Position numbers and translations under genes: made by a program. A stretch of 64,000 nt of DNA from a virus, in the IMG/VR virus record IMGVR_UViG_3300013127_000002, positions 23,843 through 87,842 of that record; one strand, 5' to 3'. This document shows, one piece after another, positions 16,127 to 25,155 of the stretch. How positions within the stretch are numbered: position 1 is the stretch's first letter; the number at the start of each line of letters is the position of its first letter. The notes under the pieces are model-generated. The model was given only the letters and a program-made list of their open reading frames with translations. It made no database searches and was not told where the DNA came from.

Positions 16127-18421
16127 TTAATGTCCGTTAACGTCTGTTAACGGCTCATTAAGGAAGTTAACAGCTGTAAAGAAGTTGTCAACCACGTTTT
16201 CGAATCCCAAGGATAAAACGATCATCTTTCCGTAACCTGCTGGCCCATACGGTTTGCCTGATGCGACTTTCTTTTCGAGCTTGTCCCAATTTGAGGCATG
16301 CGCTTCCGGGTTTGAGGTCGAGGTCCAGAGCCGGGTGTCCAGGATCGCAATGACCCCCTTGTCGGACGTCGAGCGGATAAGTCGTCCTGTTCCTTGTCGG
16401 AGGTCGAAGATCATCTTCGGAACGTAAACGTCGTGGAACCAACTCTTCCCCGCGCGCTTGACCAACTCCTTGATGACGGCGTCAGACTGGTTGGGGAAAG
16501 GCAGCTTGGGGATGATGACGAGTCGCAGCTTCTCTCCTACGACGTCGATCCCCTCCCAGAAACTCTTCAGCCCGAATAGCACGCTCTTGGGAGTGTTTCG
16601 GTACTCTTCTAGAAGGGCTTCCGCGCCTTCATCCTGTTGTGCGAGCAGGTTGAGCCCGTAACTCTTGAAGTGCTCTTCGGTCATTGCCTTCACGTCTCGG
16701 AGGTCTGTCCTTGCCGTGAAGAGTACAAAGGCGTCTCCGTTCGAGTACCGGCACAGCCGGAGGATCTCCATGGAGACGGCCTTCAACCAGTTCTCGTGGT
16801 TGGCCTGGTCAGACGGATTCGGGATCGGCGTGTCGTACGTGTAGCGGGGCGTGTAGAGCCGCGCCTGTCTGTTGTAGTCGAAGGGGCTCTCGTAGAAGCG
16901 CTCGACGGTGTTGTATTTGTCTAAAGTGGTGATTGTTCGGGTTCTTGGAGTCGCGGGTACCCTCGGAAGAGGTGTAAGATCCAACCCTATGCGTTTCTTG
17001 AAGTAGTCGAACTTCTTGTTCACGGCCAGCGTGGCGGAGACGAATGCCTTGGTATTGATCTTCTCCAGCGCGGCCTGTACCAGCGGGCCAATTTCGATGG
17101 GTGTTCGGATGAGGTGAGCGTCTCCGTTGCGCTCTTCGTACAGGAGAACAAATTGTTTTTCAGGATCAGGTGTCTGGAGCTGTAGGACCAACTCTTCAAG
17201 GGACTTCATCCTGCTGCACATTTTCTTCAGCTTGCTTATGCCCAGGAAGACGTGGGCCTGCGAGTACTCCCCTGTCGCAGTATTGGACATCTTGCTCATG
17301 GTGGTCTCGAACAGCGCACTCATGACTTTGAGTCGGTCCGTGTAGTCTTTCATCATGGAGGCCGCGACTTCTCGCAGCTTGTCCTGATTGATGACCTTGG
17401 AGGATGAGTCCATGTAGTCCCGCGCATACGCGGCTAAAGACGTTATGCCGTCTTGAAGTTTGGAGAGTCCTCCCAGCAGGTTCGAGGCGGACGTGTTTGC
17501 CAGATCCTCGATCATCATTTCAAGGTCGTGGTCTTCCCGGAGAATCCGCATGGATTTCTTGAAGTGGTTTACGCTGACCGTGTCTGTGTAAGCGGAACGT
17601 ACCGCTTCTTCGAAGTGGTGGGCCTCGTCTACGATGAGAATGTCGAATCTACCGAGAATCTTTTCCCCGTACCGAAGCTGGTAGGCCAGCACGTGGTGGT
17701 TGGTCACGATGATGTTGTAGTTCTTCGGTTTGGGACGACAAGCGATCCGGCACCCGCCCATGTTCGGACAATTGTCGGTTGAGATGTCTGCGAAGTGGTC
17801 GGACAGCTCAGGAAAATCGGACCGCTCGATCCAGGTCCTGAGGACCCCGTACTTCACCCCGGTAGTGATGTAGGCGAGTCTGCGTAGGAGTGCAGCACTC
17901 TTCTCCTTGTTGAAGGGGTTTTTCTTCAACACCTCTGATACGAGGTCCGGACAGAGATAGTTAGTCTTGCCTTTGATGTTGATGAAGTTGAACTTTCCGT
18001 CCGTTTCCGCGTCGAGAGATTCCTCGTCTCCTTCGGTGTTGTTATCGAAGCTGGCGGCAACGTACGGCATCTTCTCTCTCAGAGTTGGCAAGTCCTTGTC
18101 GTAGAGCTGGTGTTGCAGGGTTTTCTTGGCTGTGGCGATGACCAGTCTCTTCCCGGACAGGATTCCGGGGACCAGGTAGCCGTAGCTCTTTCCGATGCCC
18201 GTACCGCCTTCGGCCAGGAGGATCTCTCCGTTATCGATCGCGTGCTCGATGTCCACAGCCAGCCGGTACTGTCCTTCTCTTTTTTCTTTTCCGATGCTGA
18301 ACTTTCCGTCCCGGAACACGTCATCGGCGGTTGTGCTGAATGGTTTTCGGCAGATGGTGCACAGCTTGATGTCTTTGGCTCCGTCCCACGGCAGGACCAG
18401 GCCGCACGTTTTACAAATCAT
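16127..18421 (-). CDS. dinG: DinG/YoaA-family ATP-dependent helicase
   Basis: REGQ Q-motif, EGGTGIGKS, KGKTNYLC, DEAHH, SATL, SFWEGIDV, PKLPF, QGTGRLIRS; N-terminal CxxC-CxxC. Confidence 0.92.
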   Translation of the reverse strand: MICKTCGLVLPWDGAKDIKLCTICRKPFSTTADDVFRDGKFSIGKEKREGQYRLAVDIEHAIDNGEILLAEGGTGIGKSYGYLVPGILSGKRLVIATAKKTLQHQLYDKDLPTLREKMPYVAASFDNNTEGDEESLDAETDGKFNFINIKGKTNYLCPDLVSEVLKKNPFNKEKSAALLRRLAYITTGVKYGVLRTWIERSDFPELSDHFADISTDNCPNMGGCRIACRPKPKNYNIIVTNHHVLAYQLRYGEKILGRFDILIVDEAHHFEEAVRSAYTDTVSVNHFKKSMRILREDHDLEMMIEDLANTSASNLLGGLSKLQDGITSLAAYARDYMDSSSKVINQDKLREVAASMMKDYTDRLKVMSALFETTMSKMSNTATGEYSQAHVFLGISKLKKMCSRMKSLEELVLQLQTPDPEKQFVLLYEERNGDAHLIRTPIEIGPLVQAALEKINTKAFVSATLAVNKKFDYFKKRIGLDLTPLPRVPATPRTRTITTLDKYNTVERFYESPFDYNRQARLYTPRYTYDTPIPNPSDQANHENWLKAVSMEILRLCRYSNGDAFVLFTARTDLRDVKAMTEEHFKSYGLNLLAQQDEGAEALLEEYRNTPKSVLFGLKSFWEGIDVVGEKLRLVIIPKLPFPNQSDAVIKELVKRAGKSWFHDVYVPKMIFDLRQGTGRLIRSTSDKGVIAILDTRLWTSTSNPEAHASNWDKLEKKVASGKPYGPAGYGKMIVLSLGFENVVDNFFTAVNFLNEPLTDVNGH

Positions 18422-18981
18422 TTTCCTCCTAGTGCGAGCCTGTGTGCTCGACTAATGTGTCGTAGAAACGCAAAGTAGATCTCGTCGGACGAGTGCCGGG
18501 AAACGTACGACGGGTGGAACGTGAGAATGGCGGTGATGTCACCCCGGTAGTAGACGACTTTTCCGCTGTTATCCACAACTGGAATCCTGTGCGGGTTTTC
18601 TCCCAGGATGAACGCCTGTGCGAACCTTCCCAGGGCGACAATGACCTTTGGCTTTACGGCGGAAAGTTGCTTGACCAAGAAGGGTCGACAGTTGTTCAGC
18701 TCCTCGTCAGTCGGGTTCCTGTTTTCGGGTGGCCGGCACTTTACACAGTTGAGGATGTTGTACTCTCCGGGTTTGAATCCTACCCGGGACATGCAGGATC
18801 TCAGCAAGGTTCCGGCACGGCCGATGAATGGCACACCTTGTTCGTCTTCTTTCTCCCCCGGGGCCTCCCCGAGAAAGACGCACGGCGCGGGGACTGCTCC
18901 TTCCCCGATCACGACGTTCCGTCTCCCGAGGGCCAGCTCGGGGCACTTCTGGCAGGTTAGCATCTGCTCGGTGAGCTTCAT
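18418..18981 (-). CDS. udg: uracil-DNA glycosylase, family 4 (Fe-S)
   Basis: CQKCPEL, GEAPG, PFIGRAG, NCVKCRPPENRNP, HPSY. Confidence 0.93.
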   Translation of the reverse strand: MKLTEQMLTCQKCPELALGRRNVVIGEGAVPAPCVFLGEAPGEKEDEQGVPFIGRAGTLLRSCMSRVGFKPGEYNILNCVKCRPPENRNPTDEELNNCRPFLVKQLSAVKPKVIVALGRFAQAFILGENPHRIPVVDNSGKVVYYRGDITAILTFHPSYVSRHSSDEIYFAFLRHISRAHRLALGGK

Positions 18982-19020
18982 TTGGTGACCCTCCTTGGTT
19001 GGCGCTTGTCTTTTACCACA

Positions 19021-19066
19021 GAATATCTTAAAGCTTGGTTAACCCCTCTTTAACAAGGAGATATTC
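19021..19066 (+). promoter_or_regulatory. hairpin overlapping the RBS of the tail chaperone gene
   Basis: GAATATCT/AGATATTC outer stem, CTTGGTTAA/TTAACAAG inner stem covering AAGGAG. Confidence 0.45.
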
Positions 19067-19068
19067 AA

Positions 19069-19719
19069 ATGGCAGATCCCACCACCAAGGCGCCGCCCCT
19101 CATCGGGCATTTCGACGGACAGGCTCGCGGACCGCAGCAGAACTCCCCGCGCGTACCGCGCAAGGAACCGCCATCAGGGGAACCGAATGACCCGGCGGAC
19201 AAGGCCGTCCAAGAGACCATGGACATTGTCGACAAGCAGATCCTGGAACCCATGATCAAGGAAGGTACGCCGGAAGGGGTTGCTGAGACCTACGAGGAAG
19301 GGCTGAAGAAGGTCGGGCTGACACTGGCGGATGCCCGGGCCATCATGGAGCAGGTTCTCGTCAACAACTTCTACGAAGAGACCTACTACATCCAGAGCCT
19401 TCCGGTGACCTTCAGGACGCGGAGCTACCACGACACCGTGCGGCTTCACAAGTTCCTGACTGCGGAGAGCCCGGTCTACCAGGCGAGCATCCAGGATCTC
19501 ATTGCCCGACACAACCTGGCGGCGGCGCTCAAGAAGTACGGGGACCGGGAATTTGCGTTTCCGGATGATGCATCGAAGGCGGAAGATGCGTTCGACGAAC
19601 GGATGACCTTCGTGGAGAGTCGGGTCGAGCACGTCACTACACGCCTCATGAAGCTGGCCTACAAGTTCGACGAGAAGCTGACGAAGGTCTTCGCTGACGG
19701 GGCTCCCCAGGATTTTTGA
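19069..19719 (+). CDS. tail assembly chaperone (gpG-like)
   Basis: Position upstream of tape measure; ends in CAG GAT TTT TGA slippery site. Confidence 0.6.
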   Translation: MADPTTKAPPLIGHFDGQARGPQQNSPRVPRKEPPSGEPNDPADKAVQETMDIVDKQILEPMIKEGTPEGVAETYEEGLKKVGLTLADARAIMEQVLVNNFYEETYYIQSLPVTFRTRSYHDTVRLHKFLTAESPVYQASIQDLIARHNLAAALKKYGDREFAFPDDASKAEDAFDERMTFVESRVEHVTTRLMKLAYKFDEKLTKVFADGAPQDF

Positions 19720-20138
19720 ACGCGGCAACGGGGCAGGTTAGAGCGTATGCATTTCTGCATAACGCTCCGTTGCCGGATGCAGGGTCATTCCAGGAACGAC
19801 TTCTCAACGAGGTCATCGTTCGCGAGCGCAACGCGCAGTTCGCGATGGTGTCCTTGATGGCTCGTTTGCTGGGTACGATCGCCGGGATCCAGCCGAAATC
19901 GATGGTGCTCCTGCTCGAAGAGTATAGGGAAGAACTCTTCCAGTTGCGCTATAATCCAAGGTACAGGAGCGTCAGTCGAGTCCTGGCTGACATGGAGATG
20001 TCGAAGGCGGCGGAAGAGACTCGGATGATGCGGCGGGTTGCGGCCATGACGATTTCCGACGAGGAACTCGAAAAGTTCCGGCGGGATTCGCGCGAGAAAG
20101 CCGAAAAGAAAAAGAAGAAGAAAAAGGCTAAGGGCTGA
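19716..20138 (+). CDS. tail assembly chaperone C-terminal extension (gpT-like, -1 frame)
   Basis: Open -1 frame beginning at the slippery run, no RBS. Confidence 0.55.
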   Translation: MNAATGQVRAYAFLHNAPLPDAGSFQERLLNEVIVRERNAQFAMVSLMARLLGTIAGIQPKSMVLLLEEYREELFQLRYNPRYRSVSRVLADMEMSKAAEETRMMRRVAAMTISDEELEKFRRDSREKAEKKKKKKKAKG

Positions 20139-23100
20139 TGCCGTACGACGATACTACTACGAACTCAATGCAGGTTAGTCTGGGTCTGACTCCGGGATGG
20201 ACACCGCCTCAGCCGATGTTCGTTCCCCCCGCGATGGCGGCGCAACAGCTTCAGAATCAGGCCAGCCAGCAGTTGGCGGCGGGGACGGCGATGACGCGTC
20301 TTCCGTCTGCGGCCCCGGTTGGGCTGTTCAACCAGCAGTTCCAGCAGCAGTTCCAGGGCATCCAGGCCCAGCAGTCCTACAACCCGTACATGGCGCAGGC
20401 CCTGTCGGGGAACATGCTCGGTGCGGGAATGGGGGCTATGGGAGGGTACTCTCCCGGGATGTTGCCCTCTCCTCTCATGATGACGCCACCGTCTACCGGA
20501 GCCTTCCGGCCCATGCCGCAGTTGTCGATGTCCCCGATCCCGCCCCAGCAGGTAGCACCTATCATGCCAGGGCCGTTTGTACCCCGGCTTCCGCAGCCGA
20601 TGTTCCAGACGGCGTGGGACCGGGAGCTTCAACAGCGAGACTTCCGGGAGGATAAACTCTATTCCATGGCCTCCCAGGCACCCAGAGGCATGGGCATGGC
20701 CGCGGGGTTTGGTGCTGGAGCCGCGGCCGGCGCCGCGGTAGGTGGGATGTTCGGCGGGGTTGGTCGGGTAGTAGGGGCGTTAGGTGGAGGTGCCCTCGCA
20801 GGGATCAGCGGTTTTGCAGGGTCTGCGGGGGAGATGGCGATGTCCCCGATGCGGCCGTCCCTCGATGTTCACGAGATGGGCGCGTCTCTACAGAGGATGT
20901 CCCAGCAGTGGATGCTGACCGGGCCGCAGATGCATCAGCAAGGTGCGGGATTCTCCCGGTTGTCGTCGTTGCATCTGGCAGACCAGATTCGCACGATGTC
21001 CACGGAACGCGGGTTCAAGGCGGAGACGGGTGAGGCGTTCAATCGCGAAGACTTGATGAAGATCACCGAGCAGTCCGGGCGGGCCGGGCTCATGGACATG
21101 GAGCAGGGCACCGAGGCGGTGCGTAACAATCTTCGTCAGGTGAGCCGGGTTATCCGTCGTTTCATGCAGCTGACTGGGGATCCGGATGTCGTAAGTGTCA
21201 TCCGGGAGATGGGACAGATGCGTGCGTTCGGCATGTCCGTTAACGACATGGAGCGTGCAGCACAGAACATGAAGTCGTATGCTCGGGCGGCGGGTGTTTC
21301 GGTTCAGGGACTTCAGCAGATGGGTGGCGTGCCGGGTGCGATGACGTACACACAGGTGGGGCTGTCGGCCGCGTCCGGGATGGAGATGGGAAATTACGCG
21401 TTTGCGGCAGCACGACAAGCAGTAGCTACCGGCACGTACAACCCGAGAGAGCTGGCGATGATGGGCGGGGTCTCGGGTATCGCGCAGAGAAACGTGCAGG
21501 CGCAGGCGGCGCTCACGTCCATGCCTCTCTTCGGCGCTGCGGTCGGCGGGTACGGGCAGGGCGGCTGGGGAGTCAACTACGGGCAGCTTGCCCAGGTGGC
21601 CCGAGGAGGACAAGGCGGTCTCGGAGCGACCGGGATGGTCATGGGCGCGGTGCAGAACATCGGGCAGGCAGTCGCACAGGGAGGTATCGGAGCCCTGGCG
21701 GAGTTTCCGATCAGACAGCGTTTCCTCCAGGAGCAGGCGGCCCAGTCCATGCATCCTGCTCAGCAGATGGCCATGCGGTTCAAGATGGCCATGCAGACGG
21801 GTCAGACTCTCGGTTTACAAGGTAAAGCTGCTTTCACGACCGGGGCCCGGGCGCTGTACGGGGATGAAGTTGCCGAGCAGATGTTCATGGAAGCTCGCAA
21901 CCCGCAGGCGTTCCGGGAGCAGGCGGCTATGCTCCGGAGAGAGAACCAGGAGATTGCCCGGGAACAACGCGCTTCGGTCATGTCGAACGCTCCGGGGTTT
22001 GCGGATACTCTTGGACGCCGACTGGGGATCTCTACGTCTACCCGTGGAGTCTTTACTGGTGGTGGGTCTATCGGCAATGCGTTGAGCGATTTGGGTACGT
22101 CCTTCTCGCACAACGCACTCTTCCACTATTTTGAAGATGTAGAGGCTCGCAAGAACGGTGAGCGCATCAATCGAGTGTCCGCCTTGGCGGGTATCGAGAC
22201 AGAGGCACAACGCCGGAATGTAGTCAAAGCCGTCCGCGGCGGACTGTTGCAGGGTAGTACCGTAAAGAGGATGGCCGCGGGGGCACGAGGTGCAGAAGCC
22301 GAGATCGGGATGGCGCAGGCTGGTGATGTACTCTCGCTGGCGAATGCCCAGCTGGGTGACCTCATGGCAGACCAACAGACTGGTGCCAGAATGGCCAGTG
22401 CGGTAGCGGGAGTGGCGGCTTTCATTCCTATTCCTCCGCTGAGTGCTGCCATGGCCGGGATGTCTGCCGCGATGGGTGTTATGGGTCAAGAGGGCATGAC
22501 CGCCAAGGCGTACATGGAGGCTACGGGAGGTACCGAGAATTATCTTCCTAGGACTCTACAGGAAGCAGAACAGCGTAATTTTGTTATCACAGCTTCTCGT
22601 AATGTGACGACCGAAGGTATCCGCGGGATGGCTTCCGCTGTAGGTAAGAGGTTTGGTGTCGGGGAAGACAAAATGGTGTTGTCCATGGGGACGGCTGCGT
22701 CGGAGCTCGCGAAGCTGGCGAGAGGTAAAGTGGCGCTGGTTGGCCAAGACAAAAACCTATCCATGAAGGACGTTACGTCCGCGATATTCAAGGGGCTGAC
22801 CTCTACAGGCATGTCGGCAAGTCAAGCAACCGAGATGATCAAGGGGATGAGCAGAGAGCAGCTGGCGCAGTACACGGGTACGGTCATGCGTGACGCGCAG
22901 GCTCAAGGAGGAACGGAGACAGCCGCTATTTTCCAAAGGTTCAAAGATCAAGCAGGGCTTCTTACGGGAGGGGGTGTAACCGGAAAGAAACTCGAAGAAG
23001 ATCTGGCAGCGCGTGCCGCGGGATATGAGCGCATGGCGGGTTGGGGTGAAGAGGGAGATGTCGGCGCCATGACTATACGCGGTAAAGCGCGTGAGTACTC

Positions 23101-23830
23101 TACAGAGGAGTTCCTGGGACTGGCGTACGCGGCGGCGGAGTCGGACGAGCGTCGGGAAGAGATTGTGAAGCTGGCCAAGGAATCCGGAGTCAAGGACATC
23201 ACAGGATTCACCGAGGCAGGAAAAGCACGATTCCGCGGCCTGGGAACACAAGAAGCCAAAGAAGCGATGACGGCGCTTGTTAAGGGGAATACTGCGGAGC
23301 AGCTTGCGGGGTTCAGCAAGACCAAGCTGCGAGAAGCCGGATTTGGGTCCTTCAAGTTGGGCGCGAGGAAACTTGGAAAGTCGTTGGGTATCGCAGGACT
23401 CGGAGGAGAGACCGGAGACTTCCAATCTGTATTTGCCGAGCTTGCTACGACCTCTAATATCTCGAAGTTGAGCAAGAGTGAAGCAACCAAGGATCTTGCG
23501 GGTCTTCTGGACAAGTACCGAACAGCTACTGGAACGGCAAAAGACAATCTGGAAGCACAACTCCAAGGTGCGCTTTCCGAGATGGGGAGTCAGGACTTCA
23601 AGCCGGGAGATACCTTGGAGTCCTTGTCGGAGGCGGAAGGAACCGCGGCAGACCAGAACAGGACGGCGGCAGACTCGCTTGAAGGTCTTGCGGAAACACT
23701 GGAAGATGTTGGTTTTGACGACTTCAAAGCCGGGGCCGTGGACTTCTTGGAGGGGGCGAAGAAGTTGAAAGAAGCCATGGAAACTGAGACAATGAGTAGG
23801 GTTCTCGATGAGGTCAAAGAAAAAGAATGA
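20138..23830 (+). CDS. tail tape measure protein
   Basis: 1230 aa Ala/Gly/Met-rich helical protein following the chaperone pair. Confidence 0.75.
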   Translation: MPYDDTTTNSMQVSLGLTPGWTPPQPMFVPPAMAAQQLQNQASQQLAAGTAMTRLPSAAPVGLFNQQFQQQFQGIQAQQSYNPYMAQALSGNMLGAGMGAMGGYSPGMLPSPLMMTPPSTGAFRPMPQLSMSPIPPQQVAPIMPGPFVPRLPQPMFQTAWDRELQQRDFREDKLYSMASQAPRGMGMAAGFGAGAAAGAAVGGMFGGVGRVVGALGGGALAGISGFAGSAGEMAMSPMRPSLDVHEMGASLQRMSQQWMLTGPQMHQQGAGFSRLSSLHLADQIRTMSTERGFKAETGEAFNREDLMKITEQSGRAGLMDMEQGTEAVRNNLRQVSRVIRRFMQLTGDPDVVSVIREMGQMRAFGMSVNDMERAAQNMKSYARAAGVSVQGLQQMGGVPGAMTYTQVGLSAASGMEMGNYAFAAARQAVATGTYNPRELAMMGGVSGIAQRNVQAQAALTSMPLFGAAVGGYGQGGWGVNYGQLAQVARGGQGGLGATGMVMGAVQNIGQAVAQGGIGALAEFPIRQRFLQEQAAQSMHPAQQMAMRFKMAMQTGQTLGLQGKAAFTTGARALYGDEVAEQMFMEARNPQAFREQAAMLRRENQEIAREQRASVMSNAPGFADTLGRRLGISTSTRGVFTGGGSIGNALSDLGTSFSHNALFHYFEDVEARKNGERINRVSALAGIETEAQRRNVVKAVRGGLLQGSTVKRMAAGARGAEAEIGMAQAGDVLSLANAQLGDLMADQQTGARMASAVAGVAAFIPIPPLSAAMAGMSAAMGVMGQEGMTAKAYMEATGGTENYLPRTLQEAEQRNFVITASRNVTTEGIRGMASAVGKRFGVGEDKMVLSMGTAASELAKLARGKVALVGQDKNLSMKDVTSAIFKGLTSTGMSASQATEMIKGMSREQLAQYTGTVMRDAQAQGGTETAAIFQRFKDQAGLLTGGGVTGKKLEEDLAARAAGYERMAGWGEEGDVGAMTIRGKAREYSTEEFLGLAYAAAESDERREEIVKLAKESGVKDITGFTEAGKARFRGLGTQEAKEAMTALVKGNTAEQLAGFSKTKLREAGFGSFKLGARKLGKSLGIAGLGGETGDFQSVFAELATTSNISKLSKSEATKDLAGLLDKYRTATGTAKDNLEAQLQGALSEMGSQDFKPGDTLESLSEAEGTAADQNRTAADSLEGLAETLEDVGFDDFKAGAVDFLEGAKKLKEAMETETMSRVLDEVKEKE

Positions 23831-24051
23831 CGAATCTCAATCCACGTGTACGTAGAATCCCACCCCGGGCAGAGAGCCTGGTGAGGTACATCAATGACGT
23901 GATCGTGCACAATCTCCGTGTGGGAAGTGACGAGGACATCATCATCAACCTTCCTGCGACGGTCTCTTTGGCGTACATGGTGACGTACGAGACCGGAACT
24001 ATTGCGGTTCAAGAGTTTGGAAACGACGTTGTTTTTGTGCCTGCGCAGTAG
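23827..24051 (+). CDS. hypothetical protein
   Basis: ATGA coupling, 74 aa. Confidence 0.55.
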   Translation: MTNLNPRVRRIPPRAESLVRYINDVIVHNLRVGSDEDIIINLPATVSLAYMVTYETGTIAVQEFGNDVVFVPAQ

Positions 24052-24059
24052 AGGAGCTG

Positions 24060-25142
24060 ATGGCCGACCAACCTAAATCCTGGCAGTTTCTCGGCCCGTT
24101 TGGGGCGGATGTTTACGAGAATATTCACAAGCAGGCCGCCCTTGTAAAACCGTCTGGCGGGGATGAGCTGCTCAATAATTCTGTTTATGCCAGTAAGTAC
24201 GGTGTACGTTCCCGGTTTCCGAGAAGCACCCCCAAGTACGCCAGGTACAACAGAGTGCGCCATCACGAGTTTCTTGAGACCACGGCGAGGATGTACATCC
24301 GGGCAAATAGCGCGAGTCCAAAATATATAACGAAACTCGTGAACGATATGGGTTCAGACCAGCACATCAAGGCGATTGCGCGGGTACTGGTCGGGGGACA
24401 GCAAACTGACGACAAGGGGATTATAACGAATGCATCTCCGGTTGGGGGGAGTGGGTACATCGATTTCTTGTTGCAACAAGCGGCCCACTCTTTCAATGAG
24501 AAGGTGCAGGTGATCGAGACCCTGTCCGACAATTACGTCGCGTTCTTCTTTGGGCAGTCTGCGCCGATCTTTCAGTATAGCGGTACGTTGATGAACACGT
24601 ACCAGGATGACTGGATGATCAACATGCTGCGGCTGTACCGGGAGATCGCGCGAGGATCCCAGCTTGCTCGACGCGGGCTCATGTTCTACCTCAAGTACGA
24701 CTCTATGATCATCTCTGGCTCGTTGCTGAACCTCAACTTTACGTTGTCCGGGGATACTGAAATTGCTGTGCCGTTCGGGTTCAATTTCCTCGTGCGAAAG
24801 ATACACATCATTTACGGAGGTCTTGAGCCTGCTACGGACTTCACGCTGGACAATACGATAGACATTGTGAATTCCCAGTCATTCTTTCCTTCAGGATATG
24901 CTCCCAATGAGAGTGGGAGGGCAGCAGTGCAGGGGAAGATCAACGACAGTCTGGAATTGGACAGCACGTATGGGGCCAGTACTACGAATGCGGTTTCATC
25001 GGCCTCCCTCAACAAGCCTAAGAATGCGGAAGGGACGCCGGTTGATATCAAGGCGGACGGAGACCCCACACCTGCGGTTAAGGTTGAAGATTACGGCGTA
25101 CAAAAAGCCTACGATGACGCGGGGGCGGTGGGTTTAGGTTGA
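24060..25142 (+). CDS. baseplate/tail tube initiator-like virion protein
   Basis: Follows tape measure; EKVQVIETLSDNYVAFFFGQ...YSGTL beta-rich core. Confidence 0.55.
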   Translation: MADQPKSWQFLGPFGADVYENIHKQAALVKPSGGDELLNNSVYASKYGVRSRFPRSTPKYARYNRVRHHEFLETTARMYIRANSASPKYITKLVNDMGSDQHIKAIARVLVGGQQTDDKGIITNASPVGGSGYIDFLLQQAAHSFNEKVQVIETLSDNYVAFFFGQSAPIFQYSGTLMNTYQDDWMINMLRLYREIARGSQLARRGLMFYLKYDSMIISGSLLNLNFTLSGDTEIAVPFGFNFLVRKIHIIYGGLEPATDFTLDNTIDIVNSQSFFPSGYAPNESGRAAVQGKINDSLELDSTYGASTTNAVSSASLNKPKNAEGTPVDIKADGDPTPAVKVEDYGVQKAYDDAGAVGLG

Positions 25143-25155
25143 CGAGGAGGACCGG

